From positions 97,286 to 161,285 of the forward strand of contig JAYOTG010000001.1 in assembly GCA_038150305.1 (NCBI GenBank): DNA of 64,000 bases. The letters are read 5' to 3'. The notes under the pieces were generated by a model, which ran no database searches, was not told the DNA's origin, and was given only the letters and a program-made list of their open reading frames with translations. Source of the DNA: Candidatus Poseidoniales archaeon. Its GTDB lineage: Archaea; Thermoplasmatota; Poseidoniia; Poseidoniales; Poseidoniaceae. Of this stretch, positions 28,232 to 40,513 are shown piece after piece. The position numbers were made by a program, and so were the translations under genes. Within the stretch, counting starts at the first letter, position 1, and the number at the start of each line of letters is the position of its first letter.

Positions 28232-29740
28232 TCACGCGGCGCTGAAGTGCTCGATGACCTTCCTGGTCATGTCGACGACGAGGCCAACTTCCTCGCTGGT
28301 CAAACCGAAGTGAGGCGTGTATCGAAGAGCGTTGTGACCGCCGTGGATGATGCCAAGGCCGTGACGGCGGCACCACATCTCCACTTTCTCGTCCCCAACG
28401 ACGGGGAAACGCTCCGGGTCCAGCTCTGCACAAACGAGCAGACCCGTGCCGCGAACGGACAACACGGCGTCGGGATGGTCGGCCATGACCTCCTCGAGTC
28501 CAGCGACCAACTCAGCACCACGCGCGCGGATGTTGTCCCGCAACTCAGGAGTGATGCGGTCGAGCACGGCGATGGCGGTCTCGAGGGCACGGGGATTGGT
28601 GGTCATCGTGTTGCCGTAGATGCCGGTGACGTACTTGTCGGCCACCTCGGCGGTCATGCCAACCACCGAGAGCGGGAACTGGCCGGCGTTGATCGCCTTC
28701 GACCATGCTTCCATGTCAGGTGCTTCGGCGTCTTGGAAGCCTTCGTAATCGACGATGCTGAGGCAGCCCTGACCACGGATGCCGGCTTGGACGGAATCGA
28801 TGACCAGCATGCTGCCGTGTTCTTTGGTCAAACGACGGGCCTCGTCGTAGAAGGCCCGCTCCACACAGACGCCGGGTGCCCCCTCGCCTTGCACGGGCTC
28901 AATGGCAAGCAGTTCGATGAACACACCGTCTGCATCCGCCTGTGCGAAGGCCGCCTGGAGGGCAGCGATATCGTTGGCGGGAATCAGCGCGAGGTTCTCT
29001 CGGCCTTGGAAGGTGTTTAGGTTCTTGTCGTAGCCGTCTTTGCAGGAGTGTGAGATCTGAGCGGGTCGGTCGGTGCGCCCGTGGAAAGCGCGCTCGATGG
29101 CCAGCATTCGGGTGGGCTTTCCTTCGTGTCGTCCCCCTGGCCCGGTCATGTGAAGGGCATTCACGTCGCAAATGCGCATGCCCACAGTCATGCCTTCTGA
29201 CCCGGAATTCATGCAGATGAAGCGGTCGAAGGGGCAGCCGTCCTCGCGGCTGTGTCCAATCTCCCGGCGCAGCCGCTGGATGAAGCGGTGCTGGCTGAAC
29301 GACGGGGTCATGACGTTGGCCATCACGTGGTTGCCGGCCATCGCGTCGATGACGTCCTGAGGCCCGTGCCCCGCGCCCAACATGCCGTATCCACCGTTGT
29401 CGTGCAACACCGCGCCATGGGCGGTCACGATCCACGGACCACGAGCAGCCAGCGCCACGTACGGGTTCACGGTGGGGGCGGCGTAGAAATTGACAAACCC
29501 GGATTGGAGGTCCCGAACGAGGTCGCCCTCGTCGCGGAACACCGCGCTTTCACCGAGCTCTTCCACCAGGACGTCGAGACGCTGCTCGGCTTCATCGATG
29601 GCCTGGAGCAGGCGCTCGTCCGATTCGAGGAAACGAGAAATCGTTGCGTCGTCGAGCCCCGGGGTTCCGCTCGACCCTTGACGGGCACGGAGCGCGTGGA
29701 GGCGTTGGAGGGCATCGTGCTGAACGGCCGCGATGGTCAT
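28232..29740 (-). CDS. Class III PLP aminotransferase, probably L-lysine 6-aminotransferase type
   Basis: NSGSE, FHGRT, EPVQGEG, DSVQ, SKA and YGNTMTTNP motifs. From memory, the extended N-terminus (GFVNFYA..VNPY.ALAARGPW) matches Lat of Xanthomonadales/Flavobacterium lutescens type. Confidence 0.8.
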   Translation of the reverse strand: MTIAAVQHDALQRLHALRARQGSSGTPGLDDATISRFLESDERLLQAIDEAEQRLDVLVEELGESAVFRDEGDLVRDLQSGFVNFYAAPTVNPYVALAARGPWIVTAHGAVLHDNGGYGMLGAGHGPQDVIDAMAGNHVMANVMTPSFSQHRFIQRLRREIGHSREDGCPFDRFICMNSGSEGMTVGMRICDVNALHMTGPGGRHEGKPTRMLAIERAFHGRTDRPAQISHSCKDGYDKNLNTFQGRENLALIPANDIAALQAAFAQADADGVFIELLAIEPVQGEGAPGVCVERAFYDEARRLTKEHGSMLVIDSVQAGIRGQGCLSIVDYEGFQDAEAPDMEAWSKAINAGQFPLSVVGMTAEVADKYVTGIYGNTMTTNPRALETAIAVLDRITPELRDNIRARGAELVAGLEEVMADHPDAVLSVRGTGLLVCAELDPERFPVVGDEKVEMWCRRHGLGIIHGGHNALRYTPHFGLTSEEVGLVVDMTRKVIEHFSAA

Positions 29741-29866
29741 CGAACAGCTCACCTCAGGTTCAACCCATGAACTTGACCTTACGGCCGTGGCTCGATTCGC
29801 CATACCTTGAAATACCCCGCCGCTGACGCGACTATGAAACCTAAGGTTCACTAATGGGGCGAGGTC

Positions 29867-30574
29867 ATGACGAGCGGCGACGACTGGGAAGAACGGCTCA
29901 TGGAGCAACTTCTGCAGATGTTAGCCACCTTTGGCATCGAGTTCAATCGTGACGATCTCGAACGCATGATGGACCTGTTCCGGAACCACCTTGAGAACAT
30001 GGGCCTCGATCTCGAGAAGGCCAACGGCGACGTGCGTTTCAACCTCGACATGGAGGAACTGGGCCGCCTGTTCCAGAACGGTGGCGGGCTTGAGGACCTC
30101 ATGCGTGGCCTCGGTCTTGACGTGACCGTGGACGCAAAGCAGGTGGAAGTGGACGACGAGGCGCTGGACGCAAATCCCGACATCGAATTGCCACCCAGCG
30201 ACGTGTTCCTTGAAGATTGGAACATGATCATCACCCTTGACGTGGCCCGCAAGGCCGACCTTACCGAGGATCAAGTTGAACTGGCTCTGGTCGAGCGTGG
30301 TCAGCAAATCGAGGTGCTCCGACGCACCCAAATCACGCCCGTGGCGCGCGTCGCGCTGCCGCACCGCTGCGAAGACGTGGTGGATTGGACCCTCAACAAC
30401 GGCATCCTCGACATCACGCTCCGTTTGGTGCCGTTGGAGGATGCGCCCGCGGAGGCGGACATCGACGAGGCCTACGACGACGAGCAACCCGTGGTTGAGG
30501 ACGGCAGCATCGCCATCGATTTGGCCGACGATGATGACGACGAAGACGACGACGGCGGCATTCCCATTCTTTGA
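29867..30574 (+). CDS. Hsp20/alpha-crystallin-like protein with acidic tail
   Basis: C-terminal LP...NNGILDI motif, and it sits directly upstream of dnaK. Confidence 0.7.
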   Translation: MTSGDDWEERLMEQLLQMLATFGIEFNRDDLERMMDLFRNHLENMGLDLEKANGDVRFNLDMEELGRLFQNGGGLEDLMRGLGLDVTVDAKQVEVDDEALDANPDIELPPSDVFLEDWNMIITLDVARKADLTEDQVELALVERGQQIEVLRRTQITPVARVALPHRCEDVVDWTLNNGILDITLRLVPLEDAPAEADIDEAYDDEQPVVEDGSIAIDLADDDDDEDDDGGIPIL

Positions 30575-30594
30575 ACACACTTGGAGGAACACAC

Positions 30595-32475
<1,881 letters not shown>

Positions 32476-32516
32476 GCCGACGCACGGTTGAAGACGTGCC
32501 CCCCGGTGGTTGCGCC

Positions 32517-34133
32517 ATGGCCGAGGCTCCGGTGCTCGAAGACACCGAGCGCACGACCGGCCGTGTGGCGCTTCGAAAGAACATCGCGGCCGCGATGGCG
32601 CTCTCGGGTGCGGTGCGCAGCACCCTTGGTCCGAAGGGCTTGGACAAACTCCTGCTCGACGACGAGGGACGCACCCTCGTCACGAACGACGGCGTGACGG
32701 TCCTCGAAACGGCGCGCGTGGAACATCCGGTGGCGCGCATGCTCATCGACGCCTCGTCCGCACAGGACCGCGCCGCGCGTGACGGCACCACGTCCGCGGT
32801 GGTCATCGCCGCGGAATTGCTCCGCAACGCCTGGCACCTCGTGCTCCAAGGGGTCCACCCGAGCACCATCGTTCGTGGCTATCGCATGGCGGAAAGCGAA
32901 GCCATGGCCCACCTCGAGGGGCTCGCCTTCGAGGGCAGCGAAGAGGACCTGACCACGGCCGTACGCTCCAGCCTGGCTGGCAAAGCGAGCCACGCCGTTC
33001 AGGATCGGCTCGCTGAATTGGCCATGGAAGCCGCGTTGTGCGTCGAGCGAACCGTGGACGGCGTCCTTGAGGTGGACCCAACGCGGGTCTCAACGGTCAT
33101 GGCCGTGGGCCGCCCCGCCACCGATTCGGAGATCGTCGAAGGGCTCGTGCTCCAGAAGCGGCGTGCGCACCCAGACATGGTGAAACTCGTGGAAAACGGC
33201 ACCATCGCGCTGCTCGATGGCGGGCTGGAGCGGCGAAAGATGCGTGGAGACGTGACCTTCCAAGCCACCACCCCCGACGTCCTGGACGCCCTCCGCCGCC
33301 GTGAAGTCGAACGCTTGCTGGACGACGTCGAGGCGGTCGCGGCCGCTGGTGTGGACGTCCTGGCCGTTTCAGGTGCCATTGACGACGAAGCGCACCGGCG
33401 CTTGCTTGACCTTGGCATCCAAGCCTTCCGCAGGGTGCCGGGGAACGACCTGGACGTGCTCGCCCTCGCCACCGGCGCAACGGTGCTCCACCACGTGGAT
33501 GTGCTACACGCGGACGCTTGTGGACATGTGCTCGAAAGCCGCTCGCACATGCTCGGGGACCTTCATCACTGGACCGTGCGAGGGGAAGGTCATGCAGCGA
33601 CGCTCATCGCACGAGGCAGCGGCGACGAAATCGTTGAGGAAACCTCCCGCTGTTTCGATGACGCCTTGGGCGTCGCGGCACAGCTTCGCAAGGATCGACG
33701 TTTGTTGGTCGGAGGCGGTGCGAGTCATGTTCACCTTGCACGTCACCTCAGGCGCTTTGCTGAAGCCACACCGGGGCGAGAGCAAATGGCCATCGAGGCT
33801 TTTGCCGACGCCTTGGAAGTCATTCCACGCGCCTTGGCAGAAAACGCTGGTTTGGATCCCATCGACGCGCTGCTCGACGTGACCGCTGCCCAAGCTGATG
33901 CCGCGGATGGAGCCGAGCGCATCGGCTTGCACCTTGAGCAGCACGTCCCCGCCGACCTCGGGGCGGCAGGGGTGCTAGAGCCGCTCAGCGTGATTCGACC
34001 CACCGTGAGCGGTGCCACTGAAGCCGCATGCGCTGTGTTGCGGATCGACGACGTGCTCTGGGCGCGCCTCGAGGCCCAAATTCCAGACGACATCCAGGCT
34101 CAACTCGACGCGATGGGCGAGCAGGACGCCTGA
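32517..34133 (+). CDS. Divergent thermosome (group II chaperonin) subunit
   Basis: STLGPKGLDK, TNDG.T.L, RDGTTS (normally GDGTT), GGGA, LAENAG.DP and LRIDD motifs. Confidence 0.88.
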   Translation: MAEAPVLEDTERTTGRVALRKNIAAAMALSGAVRSTLGPKGLDKLLLDDEGRTLVTNDGVTVLETARVEHPVARMLIDASSAQDRAARDGTTSAVVIAAELLRNAWHLVLQGVHPSTIVRGYRMAESEAMAHLEGLAFEGSEEDLTTAVRSSLAGKASHAVQDRLAELAMEAALCVERTVDGVLEVDPTRVSTVMAVGRPATDSEIVEGLVLQKRRAHPDMVKLVENGTIALLDGGLERRKMRGDVTFQATTPDVLDALRRREVERLLDDVEAVAAAGVDVLAVSGAIDDEAHRRLLDLGIQAFRRVPGNDLDVLALATGATVLHHVDVLHADACGHVLESRSHMLGDLHHWTVRGEGHAATLIARGSGDEIVEETSRCFDDALGVAAQLRKDRRLLVGGGASHVHLARHLRRFAEATPGREQMAIEAFADALEVIPRALAENAGLDPIDALLDVTAAQADAADGAERIGLHLEQHVPADLGAAGVLEPLSVIRPTVSGATEAACAVLRIDDVLWARLEAQIPDDIQAQLDAMGEQDA

Positions 34134-34188
34134 TGGGGCCATCTCGGCGAACCGGCCTGCACCGCTTTGCCTCAACACGAGCGTTCAT

Positions 34189-35775
34189 ATGCCGTCCGAC
34201 AGCCCGGGGCATGTGACTTCCGAGGGAGATTCCTTTACCGTCGGTATTGACGACCTTGCCATTCACGTTCCTCGCTTGTACCTCGACATGCGGGAGTTCG
34301 CTGAACTCCGCGAGGCGGATTACGACAAGCTGAACAAGGGACTGGGCCTTTCCGCGATGGCCATTCCCGACGTTCATGAGGACACGGCGACCATGGGCGC
34401 GATGGCCGTGATGCGGCTGATCGACCGCAACGGCCTCGACCCAAGGGGCATCGGCCGGCTCTACCTTGGCACCGAATCCGCGCTCGATGGAGCTAAGCCA
34501 ACCGCGACGTACATTGTTGACATGCTCACACAACGTTACGCCTCGCGTTATGGCGAGGATTGCTTCCAAAACTGCGACGTGGTCGACATGACCTTCGCGT
34601 GCATCGGCGCCGTTGACGCCCTTCACACCACCTTGGACTGGTGCGCTCGGAGCACCGATGACGACGAGCGAATCGGTATCGTCGTCTATGCGGACAACGC
34701 GAAGTACGAACTCGGGTCGCCCGGGGAATACACGCAAGGCGCCGGAGGTGGCGCCCTGCTTATCCGTCGAAACCCACGCTTGCTCGTCATTCCGGATTGC
34801 TGGGGCATCTCAACCAGCCCCGCGCACGACTTCTTCAAGCCACGCCGCGAAATGAGTCTGCGCGCTGTCATGGGCGACGTGCTCGATCTTGCGCGAGAGA
34901 CCGGCGCGAACCTGAAAGAAGGCATCCTTGACCGCATGGTCCGTCACCTGCCCGGCTCAGCCCTGCGCAGGCTTGGCATCTTCGCGCACGGTGAAGAGCG
35001 CATCAGCATCCACCGTGACGAACCCGTGTTCGACGGGCAGTACTCCAACCGCTGCTACCAGAACGCCGTCCGCGACGCCTTCCTGGATTTCCAACGGCGA
35101 GCCGCTCGGACGGGCCGTTACACCCACGACGAGGACCAACGCTTCACCGAACAGTGGGAACGCATCATCATGCATCTGCCGTATGCCTTCCAAGCGAAGC
35201 GCATGTTCCCCGCCGTGTTCCATCGTGACCGGGAAGGAACGGCGATGTGGGACGACGTGGAAGCCATCGTCGGCGCACCACCCGAGCGCGAGGACGATCA
35301 AGACGACGCGGCATGGGAGAAGGCGATGGACCAGTACCGTCGTGCCATCTCCAAGACCGAGGCGTACGTGACCTTCCACCGCGACCGCATCGAGAAAGGG
35401 CAGCGCGCTAGCAGCCTGATTGGCAACCAGTACACTGGAAGCATCTTCCTTGCCCTGATGTCGACGTTCGAATCTGATCTTGAGGACAACACGGACCTCG
35501 ACGGCGTCCGTTTCGGGTTGTGCGGATACGGATCAGGAGCCAAGGCCAAGGTCTTCGAAGGCGTCGTCAGCCCGAACTGGCGCGAAGTGGTGTCCCGCTG
35601 GAACCTCTTCGAGCGCTTGGCCGGCCGCGTGGCCATCGACGCCGTGGTCTACGAAGAACTCCACAAGGGGGTTCGCGAGGCCTCCGTCGTGCCGCCCAAC
35701 GAAGAGTTCGTCCGCTCGGAAGAAGAAGAAAGCGACCTTGAAGGCGCTCGCCGGTACTCCTGGATTTCAGCCTGA
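34189..35775 (+). CDS. mvaS: Hydroxymethylglutaryl-CoA synthase, bacterial type
   Basis: GTES..D..KP, FACIG (catalytic Cys), E.TQG.G, DFFKP, H.PY, GN.YTGS and YGSG motifs. Confidence 0.92.
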   Translation: MPSDSPGHVTSEGDSFTVGIDDLAIHVPRLYLDMREFAELREADYDKLNKGLGLSAMAIPDVHEDTATMGAMAVMRLIDRNGLDPRGIGRLYLGTESALDGAKPTATYIVDMLTQRYASRYGEDCFQNCDVVDMTFACIGAVDALHTTLDWCARSTDDDERIGIVVYADNAKYELGSPGEYTQGAGGGALLIRRNPRLLVIPDCWGISTSPAHDFFKPRREMSLRAVMGDVLDLARETGANLKEGILDRMVRHLPGSALRRLGIFAHGEERISIHRDEPVFDGQYSNRCYQNAVRDAFLDFQRRAARTGRYTHDEDQRFTEQWERIIMHLPYAFQAKRMFPAVFHRDREGTAMWDDVEAIVGAPPEREDDQDDAAWEKAMDQYRRAISKTEAYVTFHRDRIEKGQRASSLIGNQYTGSIFLALMSTFESDLEDNTDLDGVRFGLCGYGSGAKAKVFEGVVSPNWREVVSRWNLFERLAGRVAIDAVVYEELHKGVREASVVPPNEEFVRSEEEESDLEGARRYSWISA

Positions 35776-35838
35776 ACCTTGCAGGTCAAACCTCAAGGGT
35801 CGTGGGCCTAAGCCTTGCTTGTGCAAGCGGAGGGCACC

Positions 35839-36891
35839 ATGCTGGCGTGGACAAAAGTCCGCGACGAAACCGATGGCTTCGACCTCATGGAGCACCCGGT
35901 CCCTGTGCCTGGCGAAGGTGAGGTGTTGATCCGCACCCGGGCGACCAGCATCTGCGGCACGGACCTGCACATCTGGCAATGGGACGAGTGGAGTCGAGAA
36001 AACGTCCCTCTTGGAACGGTCACCGGACACGAGACATGCGGAGAGATTGCTGCCATCGGGCCAGGCGTGGTGGACCGTCAGGTCGGTGACATGGTCGCCA
36101 TCGAGTGTCATCTTGCGTGTTGGGCGTGTCCCCGGTGCGAGGAAGGAAACGCCCACGTGTGTGAAAACGGGACCATCTTTGGCGGCCACGCCCACGGCGC
36201 TTTTGCGCCCTACTGCGTCGGGCCAGCGGTGACGGCACGGCCCGGTCCTCGAGGGCTGAAGCCCGAACACGCCTCGATTCAGGACCCGCTCGGCAACGCG
36301 ATCCACACGCTGACCGGAGGCCCCATCGAGGGGGCGACCGTCGCCGTGCACGGGCTCGGCCCCATCGGCTTGTTCGCCGTCAACGCGGCCAAGGCGATGG
36401 GCGCCGCCAAAGTCATCGCCGTGGATTGGGACAACCGCTTCCGCATGGACCTCGCCGAACAGCTCGGGGCAGACCTTGTGCTCGGGAAGGACCACGACGT
36501 GGTCGCTGAGATCCTGGCGGCGACCGATGGACGGGGCGTGGACAACGCGTGCGAGTTCTCTGGCGCACAAGCCGCCCTGGCCAACGCCATCCGGTCCACA
36601 CGCATGGGCGGCTTCGTGAACGTGCTTTCGGTGTACGGCAGCTCGATGCCGGAGGTGCCGATGAACGAGGTTGTGTTCCGCTACCTCCACCTCAAGGGCA
36701 TCAACGGCCGCAAGATGTGGGGCACCTGGGACCGCATGCACGCGCTGCTTGAGGCAGGAGCCATCGACGTCGAGCGCATCGTCACGCACACCCTCCCCGT
36801 GGCCGAATTCAAGCAAGGCATGGACCTGGCCGGACGTGGAGACTGCGGCAAAGTGGTCTTGATGTTCGACGAAGATTCGTCCAAACCGTGA
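35839..36891 (+). CDS. tdh: L-threonine 3-dehydrogenase (Zn-dependent)
   Basis: SICGTDLHI..WD.WS, GHE, C..C..C......C, PLGNA.HT, GPIG, EFSG, GI.GRKM..TW and GKVVL motifs. Confidence 0.88.
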   Translation: MLAWTKVRDETDGFDLMEHPVPVPGEGEVLIRTRATSICGTDLHIWQWDEWSRENVPLGTVTGHETCGEIAAIGPGVVDRQVGDMVAIECHLACWACPRCEEGNAHVCENGTIFGGHAHGAFAPYCVGPAVTARPGPRGLKPEHASIQDPLGNAIHTLTGGPIEGATVAVHGLGPIGLFAVNAAKAMGAAKVIAVDWDNRFRMDLAEQLGADLVLGKDHDVVAEILAATDGRGVDNACEFSGAQAALANAIRSTRMGGFVNVLSVYGSSMPEVPMNEVVFRYLHLKGINGRKMWGTWDRMHALLEAGAIDVERIVTHTLPVAEFKQGMDLAGRGDCGKVVLMFDEDSSKP

Positions 36892-36916
36892 AACCAAAAA
36901 GCGCTCAGGCCACCAC

Positions 36917-38779
36917 ATGGGCGACCCGCGTCAAGATCTGCATCAAGGCACCTTTGTCTTCGGTGCGCCGATGGGCCTGGCTGGATGGATCGCCATGGGC
37001 ATCGGCCTGCTCATGCTGGCCATCGCTGTGCCGACCTTCATCATGGCAGGCACCTTGGTCGATGCTCCGCCCCCGGCCGAGCTGCCGGTGGTCGCTGACC
37101 CCGGTGGGGAGCAACCTGACGACGCGCCCACCGTGTTGCGCGAAGGCCGACAAGGCGACGAAGGGCACTGGGTTCGTACCACGGCCACGACCACGAAGAC
37201 GTACGCAGAAGTGACGTGCACAACCAACGAAGACGGTGACGAGTCTTGGAGTTTGTACGTCCTCAACCCACGTTCAACCTTCAATCTGCCAAACGGTGAC
37301 ACGTTGGAGTTGACCAACCCCAGTGCGCCGCACGGCTACCCAACGCCCGGCTGCTCAGACTACACCATTCAGGCCGGCGAAAACGTGGAACTGCTCGTGT
37401 TCGTCAACCATGAGACCGGAGAGGAGGAGGTGCTCGGGGTTGGCGTTCGCGGTGAACAGGCGCATCGCCCCATCGGTCGAATGACCGCGTTCACCACCTC
37501 TTTTGCCACGCTGGCCATCGCCTCGCTGGTCCTGATGGGATCCACCTCGCCGCCCGGTGCGCGCATGCTCAGGAAACTTCAGCGCGCGCATGACCCGCAC
37601 CCTCGCCTCCACCAAGACCAGGAAGGCCTGCGCTACGCGGTGGCCCCAGAATGGCAAGGGGACCAACACGACTGGGTCTTCGACCCGCCCGGAGTGGAAG
37701 CTTGGAACCGCAGCATGCCGTATGCGGCAGACAACCCTGAGGCGTTGCTGCCCGAGCACCCCAACAACCTCGGGAAACTCCACTTGGCGACCTTCACCAT
37801 GTATTCCGTCTGGGGCTTCGGCTTTGTGGCGGCGGTCACCATGCTCGGCATCTACTCAGACCGCGCGTACGGGACCATTGGACGCTTCATCATGCAAGGA
37901 GGGCTCGCCTTGTTCAGCGGCTTGGTCTTCTGGGCTTCATGGGGACGCTGGAAGCGGCTGCACAGCATCATCGACACCCCGACCTCTCCCGTTCGCTCGG
38001 TGGCGGTCGGGATGGCCGAGGTCGTCGGGGAAGTACGCCCCGCCGCCTCCGGTTCCCTGCGGGTCACCGTCGGCACGCAGCACGTGCCTGGCTCAAGCAC
38101 GGCCATCACCGCCCTGACCAGCGGCGTGGCCAAAGCGGCCATCAAATCGATGACCGGCCAACACCTTCAGCAGCACACCGTGGACGGCGTGGTCGCCTAC
38201 AAGTGGCTGCAGGAGGTCTGGGAAACCCGTGGCAGCGGGGACGAAAAAGTCACCAAGTGGTGGCATGAAGCCGACGACAAGGGGTCCACGCCCTTCCTCA
38301 TCCATGACGGAACCGGTGGCCTGTATGTTGACCCAGCCACGTGGCTTGACCGCTCGTGGGCCGCAGCCTCACAGGGCAAGGGCTCTCGGATGGCGTCCTT
38401 GTTTGGCGGTGGACGCTCGACGTTCAACTTCGGCCCGGCCATCTTTGATTGGCAGGTCGGCAACATCGTGAGCGTGGGCTCCATGACGGGCATCAACCGT
38501 CCGCGTCGATGGACGATGCACTGCTTGCGTGTTGGGGATCCCGTGTACGCGCTCGGGAAGGTGCAACCGCGACCAAGCGCTGATCTGGCCGCAGAAGGAC
38601 TCGATGGCAGCGTGCCGTGCTCGAACCTCATGATGACCGGTGAAGACGACATTGGCGTCTCGGCCAGCATGCACCGCGGCACCGAATTGTCGGTGATGTG
38701 CGCCGTTCGCTCGACCACAGAAGCCATCATCACGCCGGCGCTGATGGTCATCGCAGCCGTGTTGCCCATCCTGATGTAG
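36917..38779 (+). CDS. Membrane protein with GIDE (MUL1/MAPL-like) domain
   Basis: I.DTPTS.VRS.AVG..E..G...PF.I.DGTG...VDP...L.VGD.VY.LG pattern typical of the GIDE domain, with several TMs. Confidence 0.7.
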   Translation: MGDPRQDLHQGTFVFGAPMGLAGWIAMGIGLLMLAIAVPTFIMAGTLVDAPPPAELPVVADPGGEQPDDAPTVLREGRQGDEGHWVRTTATTTKTYAEVTCTTNEDGDESWSLYVLNPRSTFNLPNGDTLELTNPSAPHGYPTPGCSDYTIQAGENVELLVFVNHETGEEEVLGVGVRGEQAHRPIGRMTAFTTSFATLAIASLVLMGSTSPPGARMLRKLQRAHDPHPRLHQDQEGLRYAVAPEWQGDQHDWVFDPPGVEAWNRSMPYAADNPEALLPEHPNNLGKLHLATFTMYSVWGFGFVAAVTMLGIYSDRAYGTIGRFIMQGGLALFSGLVFWASWGRWKRLHSIIDTPTSPVRSVAVGMAEVVGEVRPAASGSLRVTVGTQHVPGSSTAITALTSGVAKAAIKSMTGQHLQQHTVDGVVAYKWLQEVWETRGSGDEKVTKWWHEADDKGSTPFLIHDGTGGLYVDPATWLDRSWAAASQGKGSRMASLFGGGRSTFNFGPAIFDWQVGNIVSVGSMTGINRPRRWTMHCLRVGDPVYALGKVQPRPSADLAAEGLDGSVPCSNLMMTGEDDIGVSASMHRGTELSVMCAVRSTTEAIITPALMVIAAVLPILM

Positions 38780-38845
38780 GCCCCCGGATTCCATCACGCA
38801 ACGCTCATAGAGGGCGGGCAACGGATTCTCATCCCGTTGGGGGCC

Positions 38846-40480
38846 ATGCGATACATCGTTGTCTCAGGTGGCGTCCTCAGCGGACTCGGCAAAGGCGTCA
38901 CGGCGAGCAGCATTGGCGTATTGATGAAAGCCTGTGGCCTTCGGGTCACCTCCATCAAAATCGACCCCTATCTGAACTCGGACGCAGGAACGATGAGTCC
39001 GTTCGAACACGGCGAAGTCTTCGTGCTCGACGACGGTGGGGAAGTCGATCTCGACCTTGGAAATTACGAGCGCTTCCTCGATTTGAACCTCGGACGTGAC
39101 AACAACCTGACCACTGGAAAGGTGTACTCGAAGGTCATCGAAGCGGAACGGCGCGGCGATTACCTCGGCAAAACCGTCCAGGTCATCCCGCACATCACGG
39201 ACGCGGTCATGGATTGGATCGAGACCGTCGCGCATCAGCCCAGCGACGACTCCGGCCTCGAGCCGGAGGTGTGCATCATCGAATTGGGCGGCACCGTCGG
39301 CGACATCGAATCTGCCCCTTACGTCGAGGCCCTCAGGCAGTTCCAATTCCGCGTTGGCCGAGACAACGTGACCTTCGTGCACGTCTCCCTCGTTCCAGTG
39401 ATGGGGCCGGTGGGTGAACAGAAGACCAAGCCCACCCAACACACGGTCAAGGAACTCATGGGGCTGGGCATCACCCCCGACATCCTCGTGTGCCGGTCCT
39501 CCGCGCCGCTCAACCCAGAGACGCGGGCGAAACTGGCCGCCTTTTGTCACGTGCCCGAGGCGGCCGTCATCTCGACCCATGACGTGCCAAACATCTACCA
39601 CGTCCCCCTGATGCTCGAAGCGCAGGGGCTCTGCGCCACCCTTGGCCTGAAAGTGCAACCGAACGGACTCCTCGACGACTGGCGCAGGATGGCCCACCAC
39701 CTGGATGCGCTCGAAGAGAACGTCACCATCGCCATGGTGGGCAAGTACACCGATCTGTCGGACGCCTATCTGTCGGTCATCAAGGCGCTTCAGCACGCAG
39801 CCATGGCCGCTGATCGCAAGCTGACCATCGATTGGCTGGAGGCCGGTGAACTCGAGCACGGGGTGCCAGATGACGTCCATGCAGACGCATGGAAGCGACT
39901 GCGCGCCGCAAACGGCATCCTCGTCCCGGGCGGGTTCGGGCACCGTGGTGTCGAAGGGAAGATCCTCGCCGCCAATTATGCACGAACCAACGGCGTGCCC
40001 TACTTCGGCATCTGCCTCGGACTGCAAGTGGCGGCCATCGAATTTGCACGCAACGTGCTCGGCATGGAAGGCTCCACCTCCACGGAATTCGACGAAGACT
40101 GCCCCAACCCCGCAGTGATCTTCATGCCCGAGATTTCCACGACCCATTTGGGCGGCACCATGCGGCTCGGCAGCCGCCCAACCCTGTTCCAAGTTGACGA
40201 TTGCAAGGTCAAGCGCCTCTACGGTGGCTCGGAGAGCGTCGATGAACGCCACCGCCACCGCTACGAGGTCAACCCCGAACTGATTGAGCGCCTTGAGGCC
40301 GCAGGCCTGACCTTTGTCGGCAAAGACGAGACCGGCCAGCGTTGTGAAATCCTGGAATTGCCTGACCATCCTTACTTTGTGGCGGTGCAGTACCACCCCG
40401 AATTCAAATCACGACCGGGACGACCAAGTCCACCCTTCCTTGGGCTCATCCTTGCCGCCAGCGGCCAACCTCTGCCCTGA
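38846..40480 (+). CDS. pyrG: CTP synthase
   Basis: [40 protein letters not shown] and QYHPE motifs. Confidence 0.98.
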   Translation: MRYIVVSGGVLSGLGKGVTASSIGVLMKACGLRVTSIKIDPYLNSDAGTMSPFEHGEVFVLDDGGEVDLDLGNYERFLDLNLGRDNNLTTGKVYSKVIEAERRGDYLGKTVQVIPHITDAVMDWIETVAHQPSDDSGLEPEVCIIELGGTVGDIESAPYVEALRQFQFRVGRDNVTFVHVSLVPVMGPVGEQKTKPTQHTVKELMGLGITPDILVCRSSAPLNPETRAKLAAFCHVPEAAVISTHDVPNIYHVPLMLEAQGLCATLGLKVQPNGLLDDWRRMAHHLDALEENVTIAMVGKYTDLSDAYLSVIKALQHAAMAADRKLTIDWLEAGELEHGVPDDVHADAWKRLRAANGILVPGGFGHRGVEGKILAANYARTNGVPYFGICLGLQVAAIEFARNVLGMEGSTSTEFDEDCPNPAVIFMPEISTTHLGGTMRLGSRPTLFQVDDCKVKRLYGGSESVDERHRHRYEVNPELIERLEAAGLTFVGKDETGQRCEILELPDHPYFVAVQYHPEFKSRPGRPSPPFLGLILAASGQPLP

Positions 40481-40513
40481 GCGTTCAAGAACCCTCGACG
40501 CCGATGCGGTTGC

